Positions 1 through 8,847 are shown, counted from the first letter of the stretch. The stretch: 39,559 nt of DNA from Bdellovibrionota bacterium (GCA_040754655.1 JBFMCE010000030.1:1-39559), one strand, 5' to 3'. The notes: a model not told the origin generated them from the sequence alone. Made by a program: numbers and translations.

Positions 1-95
1 CTCTTCGTCTCGATCAAGGCATCCACGTTCCATGGATGCCTGCTGGCGCGTCGCCCTGTATTAGTGCACAATTTTCTTGGGGTGCTAAAACTTTT

Positions 96-611
96 ATGAA
101 AACAAAGACTCTCGTGCTGGTCTGGTTTGGAACTTTAATGGCAGTTGGCCTAAATGCGACGTTTGCGGAAGAGGTCGACAAGATTCCCGTTCCCAATACT
201 TGCAGACAAGAAGAAAGTTCAATCGCATGCCATGGCACGCAATCTGGAAAACCAGGCGATCCATGCACCTGCGGGGGCAAGCCCGGAACCGTTGGATTTC
301 ACGTGGACGTGCTCTGCAAGACCGAGAATCTCGCCCAACCTTGCACAAGTTACGTCACAAAGCACAGCGCTAAGAAAGGCGACCAGTGCGTATGCAATCC
401 GAATGGAGTTCCGTTTTTCGGCGCCATCACCGAGCTACGAACCAAGATCGAGTACAAGAGCGTTGCAACGGCGACCGAACCCGCTGTGCAAACAACCGAA
501 ACCTCAACGGCTGCCGAACTGCGCGATGTTAAAAAAGTAAGAAGCGGTTCAGTGCGAAAAAACTTGAAATCTGAGGCTAGCGACAGCATTTCTACTTCAG
601 TCAGGCATTAG
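96..611 (+). CDS. Exported Cys-rich hypothetical protein (two tandem 4-Cys modules, T/E-rich tail)
   Basis: ATG at 96 begins a signal-peptide-like MKTKTLVLVWFGTLMAVGLNATFA; two C-x8-C...GDxCxC units follow. Start moved from the track's 36. Confidence 0.6.
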   Translation: MKTKTLVLVWFGTLMAVGLNATFAEEVDKIPVPNTCRQEESSIACHGTQSGKPGDPCTCGGKPGTVGFHVDVLCKTENLAQPCTSYVTKHSAKKGDQCVCNPNGVPFFGAITELRTKIEYKSVATATEPAVQTTETSTAAELRDVKKVRSGSVRKNLKSEASDSISTSVRH

Positions 612-626
612 CCGTCTTGCGGCATT

Positions 627-1553
627 TCAAAATAAAACGACCTTTGCAATGACGTTTAATGACGTCGTCGTAATCGGCTGACTCAAATACCAATTCAGAT
701 AGGGCGAAACGTAGAGATTCTTCGTTATCTGCAAGTCGAAACCCGGCTCGATATCCACTAAGGACCTTTCCGGATCTGATCGGTTGTCTTCACCGAGAGA
801 GTTGACCGCCATAGTCGCTTCGAACAGCAACCAAGCGCTCACTCTCTGAGAAAATTGATAGGTAATGCTGGGACCGGTGTAAAACATGACCTGAGGTATG
901 GCGGTCTCGTAGACCGGAGAAATCTCTTCGGTTTGCAACCAGTACTTCACATAGTTCAAGAAATTGAACGACCACTTCTGGTCGCGGGTTCGGATAAAAG
1001 GCACAAGAGAGAATCTCGCGCTCCCGATGGTTCGATTGTCTCGCGAAAATTCACTCGTCGGGAAAAAAACGCGGACGTCTGCGTTCAATCCGACATTCGA
1101 AAATGCCACCCTTTCATTGAAGATGTTCGTGCGCGCGATCCGTATGAAGCTGTCGTAGTCGAGCGCGAATTCATTGGCATTGAACCCATCCGAATCGGTG
1201 AAACGATAAACGAAGTCGAAGACAGGAGTGATCCAAAGATCCTGAGCCGGATTGAAGGTCAACGAAACCTGGTTCTGCAGGCTAAGCCCGTCAACACTTC
1301 CTTCATATATCCCAGGCGTAGTGCCGGCACCCACGTCATCCACCGCCGGTCCATAGAAAAACGACGTTAGCGCCATCGAAGGGCCAAAACGTTTCGTGCT
1401 TGATGGTTTTTTCACAACCGACTCAAGTTGCCCTGTCGTCACGCCCTTCTGCGGTTCAACGCCCTCCACGCCGCTTGAGGTTTGCGTCGCCGCGCTTACG
1501 CTCTGATAAAAGAACAATGAACAAAAGAACGCCGTCCACCGTGCATATGACAC
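627..1553 (-). CDS. Probable outer-membrane beta-barrel protein
   Basis: Signal-like segment (WTAFFCSLFFYQSVSAA), alternating amphipathic aromatic-rich strands and a C-terminal Phe (SLNVIAKVVLF). Start uncertain: GTG at 1553 chosen because the track's start at 1874 overlaps the divergent gene. Confidence 0.55.
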   Translation of the reverse strand: MSYARWTAFFCSLFFYQSVSAATQTSSGVEGVEPQKGVTTGQLESVVKKPSSTKRFGPSMALTSFFYGPAVDDVGAGTTPGIYEGSVDGLSLQNQVSLTFNPAQDLWITPVFDFVYRFTDSDGFNANEFALDYDSFIRIARTNIFNERVAFSNVGLNADVRVFFPTSEFSRDNRTIGSARFSLVPFIRTRDQKWSFNFLNYVKYWLQTEEISPVYETAIPQVMFYTGPSITYQFSQRVSAWLLFEATMAVNSLGEDNRSDPERSLVDIEPGFDLQITKNLYVSPYLNWYLSQPITTTSLNVIAKVVLF

Positions 1554-1746
1554 GAGCGCACCCCCATCTGGTGGCAGACTCAGCAATCTTCGTACCAATG
1601 AAGCGCCGCGCGCTCGTTTCAATGTAGCGCCAACTATTAAACTAGTTTCATTCACGCGGTGGTTCTCGACTCCACCTGAATTTTCCTTTTCAATGCGCTT
1701 GTACGGACGCGCTTGAAAACAAAACAAAAAAACGGAGGCAATAAAA

Positions 1747-2103
1747 ATGATAAAAACTACATTAACAGCTCTTGCTCTCGCCCTAAGCTTGGCCAGCGTT
1801 CCTTTTGCCGGGGCCCAAACAACCACTGACACCAGCGGCAGCGGCGACACTACATCAGGGGGACAAGACTCCAAAGGTGGTCAGGAAAAAGGCGGTCAAG
1901 AAAGTGGTGGCCAAGAAAAAGGTGGCCAAGAAAAGGGCGCCCAGGCTGTAGACGATAAAGGTGGTCAACAAGCCAAGGGCGGTCAAGAAAAAGGCGGACA
2001 GGAAAGTGGCGGTCAAGAAAAGGGTGGCCAAGAAAAGGGTGGCCAAGAAAAGGGCGGTCAAGAGAAGGGCGCCCAAGATAAAGGCGGACAATCGAGTTCT
2101 TGA
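1747..2103 (+). CDS. Exported low-complexity KGGQE-repeat protein
   Basis: GGAGG RBS, Sec signal (MIKTTLTALALALSLASVPFAGA), 15 xG[G/A]Qx pentapeptides, downstream terminator. Confidence 0.85.
   Translation: MIKTTLTALALALSLASVPFAGAQTTTDTSGSGDTTSGGQDSKGGQEKGGQESGGQEKGGQEKGAQAVDDKGGQQAKGGQEKGGQESGGQEKGGQEKGGQEKGGQEKGAQDKGGQSSS
1858..2094 (+). repeat. Coding 15-bp tandem repeat (KGGQE units)
   Basis: aaaggtggtcaggaa / aaaggcggtcaagaa / agtggtggccaagaa / aagggtggccaagaa; variation mostly at third codon positions. Confidence 0.9.
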
Positions 2104-2146
2104 TCCGAGCTTAGCTTAAGAAGTGTGACTACCGCTTAGTCAAAGG

Positions 2147-2180
2147 AAAGGGGAATGCCGATAAAGCATTCCCCTTTTTT
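2147..2180 (+). terminator. Intrinsic terminator, probably bidirectional
   Basis: 12-bp stem aaaggggaatgc/gcattccccttt, 7-nt loop, T-tract; lies between convergent genes. Confidence 0.85.
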
Positions 2181-2203
2181 GTGAAACATCCAGTACTCTT
2201 TCG

Positions 2204-2722
2204 TCAGGCCGTCAAATCCAGTTTCGCGTTCTCTCCGCCTTCTCGGTCGTAGGGTTTTCCGGTGAGCACCGCCTTAGCGATTCCAATCAAATGCACCGTC
2301 GCGCTTGATGGAGAGTCCCAATACTCGGCGCGCTCGACATGAACACGAATCAATGCGAGCTCCGGATCATCAAGCCCCTTGGGAAACCACGCTTTGTACG
2401 CCGGGTTCCAAAACTCTTTGGCTTTTTCTTTATCGCGCACTACTTGAGCCGTCCCCGAAACAGACACGAAATGCCTGTTTGAAGAATCGACATAGCTCAA
2501 TTGAACGCGCTGATCATGCTTCAACTCGGTGACTTTCGGGCTATTCGCGGACGAAAAAAACCATAGCGTGCCGTCAAACTCGCGGTGTTGAGCCGCCATT
2601 GGCCTGCTATGCATGTGCCCTTCATCATCGATCGTCGTCATCATGGCGATCTTGACGTCTTTCAGCAACTCGGCGAGTTTTTTCACGTTTTGCTCGTGGG
2701 TCGAACTTGATTCCTCTTTCAT
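2204..2722 (-). CDS. General stress protein 26 / pyridoxamine 5'-phosphate oxidase-like FMN-binding protein
   Basis: IAMMTT..HSRPM..GTLWFF..KV.E..AWFPKGLDDP.LALIRV..AEYWD motifs; AAGGGGG RBS before ATG 2722. Confidence 0.9.
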   Translation of the reverse strand: MKEESSSTHEQNVKKLAELLKDVKIAMMTTIDDEGHMHSRPMAAQHREFDGTLWFFSSANSPKVTELKHDQRVQLSYVDSSNRHFVSVSGTAQVVRDKEKAKEFWNPAYKAWFPKGLDDPELALIRVHVERAEYWDSPSSATVHLIGIAKAVLTGKPYDREGGENAKLDLTA

Positions 2723-2749
2723 GATTTCCCCCTTTTGAGTGACGACCCG

Positions 2750-2765
2750 TGCAAATACCGCTCCA
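2750..2765 (-). promoter_or_regulatory. Candidate sigma54 -24/-12 promoter
   Basis: TGGAGCGGTATTTGCA (GG-N10-GC, TTGCA), 27 nt upstream of the stress-protein ATG. Confidence 0.45.
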
Positions 2766-2856
2766 TTAGGAATCTTGTTTCTTCTCATAACACTTGCTTC
2801 ATTTGCGCATCAGAGAAACTGCGCTCATTTTTATCTCACAGCCGAGGAGCAACGCC

Positions 2857-4113
2857 ATGATTCTCAGACCACTCTGTTCATATCTTGTCGCTTTTGTTTT
2901 AATGATGGCATCGCCGTTGTCGTCGCATGCATCAAAAAACCATGCAGACGAATGCCTGCTGCATGATTCGTGGCGAACCGTGGATTCCTACCAACTCTCG
3001 GCACAGAACAGCGCCAATGCGGAAGCCATCTCTCATTCTGAGTCGGCGATCTTCGTCGCAGGAAGTGCAAATGCATCTCCGATTCAAACCCATTGGATCG
3101 TGCGCAGATCGCTAGACCGGGGTCAAACATGGCGAACCGTTGACCAAGTCGCCGGGCAGTTCAATAAAGCGCTCGGAGTCGCATACGATCCCGGTTCAAG
3201 AAGCATCTACGCCGTGGGCTTCACTGACAGGGCCGCGGGTTTTTTTGGATGGACAGTGCGCAAAAGCGCGAATAACGGCCAAAGCTGGGCCACCGTAGAT
3301 ACTTTTCCTGAAAGCGCCGGCGAATATTCGATTGCTCATGGAGTAAGCGCAGGCCCAAATGGAATCATTTACGTCACCGGCGTACGGGGCGTCGGACCAG
3401 GTTCGGTGCTCACGACTCGCAGATCGGATGACGGCGGGGCAACCTGGCGCACGGTTGACTCTTACTCAACCGCAGAGGGAACCCACGCGAATTCGGTGCT
3501 TGCCGCAAAGAATGGCGGAGTGTTCGTCGGCGGATTCGAACGGCTTGCGCCTGGCCAACAAGGCTCGTGGATCGTGCGTTTCAGCCGAAACGGCAGAACG
3601 AATTGGACGACCGTCGACCGTCTTCCCAACAACAACAACACTTCGCTCGTCCTTGGGGGAACGATCAGTGACACCCTCAAAGGCCGTCAACAAGTGGTAT
3701 TCGTGGGATCTTATCTTGACGAAAACAACGTTGCTCACTGGATCACCAGACGCGCGTTCGCCAACCGCCCGACAGCGTGGTCAATGATAGACGACTACGC
3801 CGACGCCACGGGCGGCGCCGAAGCGCTCGCAGCCACCTTCAGTCGAGGCCCCCAGATCTTTGTTGCCGGCGCTCAGTACTCCCGGCAAATCACCGAACCG
3901 ACTTACATCACCCGTCGCGCGGATACGACGGATGATGTATTTGGAACCACCGACCTTGTCAGCGGAGAGACGGTTCCCAACACGGCGATAAGCACTTCAG
4001 CCTTCGGCGCAGGGCGGAGCTTTGAAGGAGACATCCTCACCGCCGGAAGTTACGTCGATCCGTCGACCCGTCAGAGCAGCGTCTGGCTGGTTCGCATGCT
4101 TCCTTGCCGGTAA
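2857..4113 (+). CDS. Exported Asp-box/BNR-repeat beta-propeller protein
   Basis: GAGGAG RBS; signal peptide; RRSLDRGQTW, RKSANNGQSW, RRSDDGGATW Asp-boxes; seven W-x-T-V-D-like repeats. Confidence 0.8.
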   Translation: MILRPLCSYLVAFVLMMASPLSSHASKNHADECLLHDSWRTVDSYQLSAQNSANAEAISHSESAIFVAGSANASPIQTHWIVRRSLDRGQTWRTVDQVAGQFNKALGVAYDPGSRSIYAVGFTDRAAGFFGWTVRKSANNGQSWATVDTFPESAGEYSIAHGVSAGPNGIIYVTGVRGVGPGSVLTTRRSDDGGATWRTVDSYSTAEGTHANSVLAAKNGGVFVGGFERLAPGQQGSWIVRFSRNGRTNWTTVDRLPNNNNTSLVLGGTISDTLKGRQQVVFVGSYLDENNVAHWITRRAFANRPTAWSMIDDYADATGGAEALAATFSRGPQIFVAGAQYSRQITEPTYITRRADTTDDVFGTTDLVSGETVPNTAISTSAFGAGRSFEGDILTAGSYVDPSTRQSSVWLVRMLPCR

Positions 4114-4386
4114 CGTATCCGAAAAACCTGACGGACAACATACTGACCGGTCATGAATCGCGTCGCCCGCCATCCAAAATCTTTTTGAAATGCGTTGAAA
4201 TGCATCACAAAGAAAGACCAAGCTAAAATTGAATTTGGCCCCAATGCATAACGGAAAATCAGCTCGCTTCATCCTCGATAATGGGGCCGGATCTTCAGCA
4301 TTAATAAATTCGCTTGATAACTGAATCCGTTGAGAAGAAACTTGTTATCTGCCAGGACATCAAATACATACGTGGCCGGAGGGACA

Positions 4387-5289
4387 ATGCCTCACCTAAA
4401 ACAGCAACCGCTTGTTTGGATCTTGATCTTTTTCTGGCTTAACGGGTCCTTGATCGCGATGGCTCATGACCCTTTTAAACCTGGCGCGCTGCCGGTAACA
4501 ACTGTTCGGGAAGCGGATCGGTGGCTGGATGAAGAAGAAGCAAAGCATGGCGTGTTCCCCTCTTCTCCCAGCCCAGAACCTCATCTTCGCCAAGTGGATC
4601 GGCTTATTGCCTTGATGACAAAGCACTGGGAGAAGCTAGACAGAAAGTGCGACCCCGATACGGCTTTCGCGTTGACCTACCTGATCACGACAGTAGGAAT
4701 TCGAAATGCCATCGCTGGAAACTTTTTTGAGGATGGACCTCACCTCGCCCTGATCCAAGTGGCTTTTGCCGCCCTTTATTTTCAAGCTTATGAACAAGGA
4801 CCACGGGCCTCAGCGCCGTGGGCTGCCGCGCTTAACGCTTCCAAGTCGGGCTGGACCTCAATTACCGAAGACGTCTTGCTTGGCATGAACGCGCACATCA
4901 ACTACAACCTGGCGATCGTAATGGCCGTTTTGGGAATCCGCGCCGAAGACGGAACTTCGCGAAAACCCGATCATAACCGCGTGAACACGGTACTCAAGAG
5001 CGTGTATCCTGAAATTGAAGAGCAGCTCAATTCACTTTATGGAAAACCCATCATTTCTGGGGGATTGGGCGATCTTTTACTGGGCCTGATCTCGATCTGG
5101 AGGGAGAACGCTTGGACCAATGCGGTCATTTTGACCAAGCTTAAAGAATCGAGCCACCGAAATCTTCATGATCACATGCTTCAACTCAGCTCAAGCCAGT
5201 TCGCAAAGGGGCTTATCTTGCCCAAGCGGGGCAAAACCGCAAAAAAACGCCTGAGAGCTTGTTTCGAACGCAAGCCAAGCGGAAGATAG
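4387..5289 (+). CDS. DUF5995-like protein with an N-terminal signal or TM segment
   Basis: FALTYLITT, FAALYFQAY, APWAAA, LLGMNAHINYNL, DHNRVN motifs; GGAGG RBS before ATG 4387. Confidence 0.7.
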   Translation: MPHLKQQPLVWILIFFWLNGSLIAMAHDPFKPGALPVTTVREADRWLDEEEAKHGVFPSSPSPEPHLRQVDRLIALMTKHWEKLDRKCDPDTAFALTYLITTVGIRNAIAGNFFEDGPHLALIQVAFAALYFQAYEQGPRASAPWAAALNASKSGWTSITEDVLLGMNAHINYNLAIVMAVLGIRAEDGTSRKPDHNRVNTVLKSVYPEIEEQLNSLYGKPIISGGLGDLLLGLISIWRENAWTNAVILTKLKESSHRNLHDHMLQLSSSQFAKGLILPKRGKTAKKRLRACFERKPSGR

Positions 5290-5425
5290 CAACGAATCGT
5301 TCTCGCAATCCCCGCCTCGCTCTCAACGTTTCCTCAATCATTACCTTTTCGATCAATCCTAGGCTCATTTGACATGAGGCAAGAGTATAGGTTATCGGCA
5401 TGTCCAACCTCAAAAGGAGCTGTTC

Positions 5426-6673
5426 GTGAGGAAAGCACTTCTTATCATTTCTATTCTTTCATTTATTCTAAGTGTTCAATCAGCCCCGCTTGAGGCCGCC
5501 AACGCCAGTGGGTTGGCCTCTGAAGACCTGTCGGCCTTCAAGATCGCGCTCCGTGAGTTGGTCGATGAGCTTTATGAAGAAGCCGCAGGAGCGCTGAATA
5601 GCAATCGAATCTCAGAATTAGAACAAATCAGCGAGAAACTCTCTGCATTCAAAGATTCAAGGTCTTATCAAGATTGTTTTGACTCGAAATGGCATCACAG
5701 CCCTTCACATCAAGAATCCGCCTGCAAAGGTGTCGAGGTTTTTTTTCAACAGACGCTCTTTGATTGGTCAAACAGCCAAAGATTGGCGACAGCTGAAGCC
5801 AGAAAGAAAAAGTCTGAATTTGAAGCAGCGGCAAAAACGGTTTTCAGCAGTGAACGAAGAGGCCTTATTCACACGCTTGCCTTTGACGTTCATCGACAAA
5901 AACTTTGGGGCTTTCTCGAAAGTTTGCAAGAAAGCACCCGTGAGTTTGATTTGTCTTACGAGGGCTATTGCAAGTCCGGAGAAGGATCTCTGCGTTGCAA
6001 AGCAAGAAACCTCACGAGCAGCGCTCAAATCGGAGCGCCTGTTTTGCAAGCCGCTCAAGCAATAAATGAGCTCAGACAGTTTCAAGAGAATGCCTTTGAA
6101 CTGATCGAATCATATTCTGAAAAATTTCTTTCCTGTGGAACAGAAGGGGAACTGAAAGCCCGCTTGGAAAACTGTGCAAAGGTCATGGGCGATCAAGCCA
6201 CAAAAACTCACGAAGATCCAACAACCCGGGAGCGGTTCACATGGTCTCTCGTCTCGCAAACCCGGGATGGCAAACAAGTATGGTGGGACCGCACGGCACG
6301 ACTTGTATGGAGCGACGCCTTTGAATACATGGTTGGCTTGGGCGACGCGCTCGCATTCTGCACAAATAAAGAGCTAGAGAAATATGGCTCGCTTAAAGGC
6401 GGGATCAAAGGCGAGTTTCGCCTTCCGACCCGAGGAGATTTTGGGACTGCGCTCGCTCACGGGGTTTTTGAGGTTTTGCCGGCGATAGAGCGCGACTACT
6501 GGACCGTAAGTCAGTCGAGTTTCAATGGCGGAAATCTTGCGAGTTCTTCCCAAGATCAGCCCGATGAGCTTGATCCTCATCAAATTAAGAAAAGATTAGA
6601 TCCTTATTACAGACCTGGTCTCGCACACATTAGGTGTGTAGCGGAGTATCCGCTTAAACCTAAGGTTTGGTAA
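5426..6673 (+). CDS. Exported protein, helical N-terminus plus C-terminal DUF1566/Lcl-like domain
   Basis: AAGGAG RBS, signal peptide; WWDRTARLVWS..ALAFC..FRLPTRGDF..YW..IRCV pattern. Confidence 0.65.
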   Translation: MRKALLIISILSFILSVQSAPLEAANASGLASEDLSAFKIALRELVDELYEEAAGALNSNRISELEQISEKLSAFKDSRSYQDCFDSKWHHSPSHQESACKGVEVFFQQTLFDWSNSQRLATAEARKKKSEFEAAAKTVFSSERRGLIHTLAFDVHRQKLWGFLESLQESTREFDLSYEGYCKSGEGSLRCKARNLTSSAQIGAPVLQAAQAINELRQFQENAFELIESYSEKFLSCGTEGELKARLENCAKVMGDQATKTHEDPTTRERFTWSLVSQTRDGKQVWWDRTARLVWSDAFEYMVGLGDALAFCTNKELEKYGSLKGGIKGEFRLPTRGDFGTALAHGVFEVLPAIERDYWTVSQSSFNGGNLASSSQDQPDELDPHQIKKRLDPYYRPGLAHIRCVAEYPLKPKVW

Positions 6674-6811
6674 AAACGCTCTGATCCCAGGTCAGTAAAC
6701 CAAAAAAAGCCAATAATTCAAATATCTTAAATACATGACAAATATAGTAATGTTTATATAGGCATTGCTCTCTCCCTGTGTTAAAAGAGCCCAAACCTTT
6801 CGGAGGCTCTT

Positions 6812-8218
6812 ATGCGTTTTGGCCTGCTTGGTCTTGTGCTCATGCTCCTCGTTGCTCCTTATCTATATGCAAATGAAATGAAAAGTATTGATAGCGACGT
6901 TGCCTACATCCTACAAGGCACGACTAAGGAAGGCATCCTTGCAGAAACCCAAATCGCGCAAATCAAGGAAGAGCTCAAAGCCATCCATGCCCATTCACCC
7001 CATACTGAAAAAATTCATGAACACCGTGCCGCTCCTGCGTTGATGTCGATGGGAGTCAGACTCACACAAAGCAATGAAGAGTTGTTTCTGATGCATATGA
7101 GCACCCATCAAGAAGAAGGTCTCCTCTCACAACATCCAGATGAATCTTACGCTTTACTTATTCCTCAGACGAAAACCGGGATAGACGACCTTGATGGATT
7201 GAATAAAACAATCGGGATAAGCGAAGCTTATTATTACCCAAGCTCAAATAAAAAAAGTCGCGATGGAATCGTGATTTATTTCAAATTTATTCGGCCTGTC
7301 GACATGGTCGCCCTATCAAAACGTTATGAGAAATTAGAATCTGTCAGAAGAGCCAGCTCGGGAGGTCTTATCGTTGGAAGCGGGGACTCAATCGATAGGA
7401 TTGAAAATCCCGAGAATCCCAATGAAGTGCACTACGCTCTTAGCCGAGGGAGCGGAGATTGCCCTTCGGGCTGCATGAAGCGTGATTATTATTATTTCAC
7501 CATTGTAAAGTCTGGTGAAACTTTGACAGTGAGAGAAGAAAAGCCAGAAGCCCCTTTTGCACACCTTTGGGGAATTGGAGGGGCATTCTCGGTCACAACA
7601 TTCTCAAGCTTTGAAGAGATCGCCGAAACCGCAAAGAATGGAAAACGCTGGTGGATGCGCTTGCATGCGGTTGACGTGCTCGGAATGTTCATGCAACAAA
7701 TGCGAGATACCCATTATGGCGTCAACGTCAGCCCGTGGATAGGTAATGATTGGGCTGAGAAGGAAGCTAAACGAAAATTTGATAAGATCCGAGATCAAAC
7801 ACTTTCACGGTCTACGGAGGTCGTTGATCTCTTAACATCTATCTCAACTGACGATCCCAATCGCCAGGTACGACAGTTGGCGGCAGGATTTGTTCGAAGA
7901 CTGGCGACACCGAATACGAGCGATAAGGGAACCTCTATCCGCATCACCTACTTTGATAGGGGAAACGAACCCAAACTTCGTGAACGAATCTTAAAAACCG
8001 TGGCACGCCTATCTGCAAGCGGAATCATCGATAAATTTGAGTTGAAGTCTGATCGTATGAGAGACGACGGTGTCTCGGCATGCGTTGAATTCGATCGATA
8101 CAGCTCTGAGACCTCTTTTGATGAGCGCATTGAAGTCGCACTCCGTCAGTTCCACCAACTTCGACCCAGGCTGCAATCGACTGAATATCGCGTCGAGCAA
8201 GTGACGAGCTGCCCATAA
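6812..8218 (+). CDS. Exported hypothetical protein (GSGDCPSGC motif; one HEAT-like repeat)
   Basis: GGAGG RBS, signal peptide, 468-aa ORF; DDPNRQVRQLAA. Confidence 0.65.
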   Translation: MRFGLLGLVLMLLVAPYLYANEMKSIDSDVAYILQGTTKEGILAETQIAQIKEELKAIHAHSPHTEKIHEHRAAPALMSMGVRLTQSNEELFLMHMSTHQEEGLLSQHPDESYALLIPQTKTGIDDLDGLNKTIGISEAYYYPSSNKKSRDGIVIYFKFIRPVDMVALSKRYEKLESVRRASSGGLIVGSGDSIDRIENPENPNEVHYALSRGSGDCPSGCMKRDYYYFTIVKSGETLTVREEKPEAPFAHLWGIGGAFSVTTFSSFEEIAETAKNGKRWWMRLHAVDVLGMFMQQMRDTHYGVNVSPWIGNDWAEKEAKRKFDKIRDQTLSRSTEVVDLLTSISTDDPNRQVRQLAAGFVRRLATPNTSDKGTSIRITYFDRGNEPKLRERILKTVARLSASGIIDKFELKSDRMRDDGVSACVEFDRYSSETSFDERIEVALRQFHQLRPRLQSTEYRVEQVTSCP

Positions 8219-8316
8219 CCCTAGTTTGAAACCGCCTTAAGGTTAGAGGCTAGTTTAAGACGCCTTTTCAGCCCTCGCATCAATTGGAAGGCAAAAAACT
8301 ATTTGCTGCTTCGCAC

Positions 8317-8332
8317 CGGCTCTATGTTTGCA
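8317..8332 (+). promoter_or_regulatory. Candidate sigma54 -24/-12 promoter
   Basis: CGGCTCTATGTTTGCA (GGC...TTGCA, GG-N10-GC), 27 nt upstream of ATG 8360. Confidence 0.45.
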
Positions 8333-8359
8333 AGGAATTTTGCTCAGAGGAGAATAGCC

Positions 8360-8605
8360 ATGCCAACACAAAAAAGCGTCAAAGGCAGGTTGTCAGCAGC
8401 ACCCTTGGCTCGAGAGGTCCCTGCTCCGCGCGGGCACGTTCGTACTCGGGCTAAGTCTGGATCTGCGTTGGCCTTCGATAAGGGAATGGGCAATATCTCG
8501 CGCAAAGCCGCCAAGTACCTTCAACTCAAAACGGGGCGCAATCCGCCCAATAGTGCAAATGTCGGGAAACCAAGCCGTCAGGCAAAGAAAAGGGCCTCGG
8601 GTTAA
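8360..8605 (+). CDS. Small, highly basic hypothetical protein (81 aa)
   Basis: GAGGAG RBS before ATG 8360; 19 K/R versus 2 D/E. Confidence 0.6.
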   Translation: MPTQKSVKGRLSAAPLAREVPAPRGHVRTRAKSGSALAFDKGMGNISRKAAKYLQLKTGRNPPNSANVGKPSRQAKKRASG

Positions 8606-8644
8606 AAGCGGTAGAATAACTTTTTTCACGAGCTGCACTTTAAA

Positions 8645-8723
<79 letters not shown>

Positions 8724-8847
8724 ACCGATACCACGGACGAGGCCAGTAAATCGCTCGATTCGTGACAAAAATCAAGATGATCTTACCCCATAAAAAAACC
8801 TAAACTTTTCGATTAACTCTTCTTTAATTTTAGCCCAAGATAAAAAA

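Noticed and set aside
1554..1874. N-terminal extension of the 415-aa minus-strand ORF
   Set aside because: It overlaps the well-supported divergent KGGQE gene; the signal-like segment only starts near 1553.
1855..2091. 78-aa hydrophobic antisense ORF (LATLF repeats) and CRISPR-like periodicity
   Set aside because: Antisense shadow of the KGGQE coding repeat; the units are contiguous 15-mers with no spacers, and there are no cas genes.
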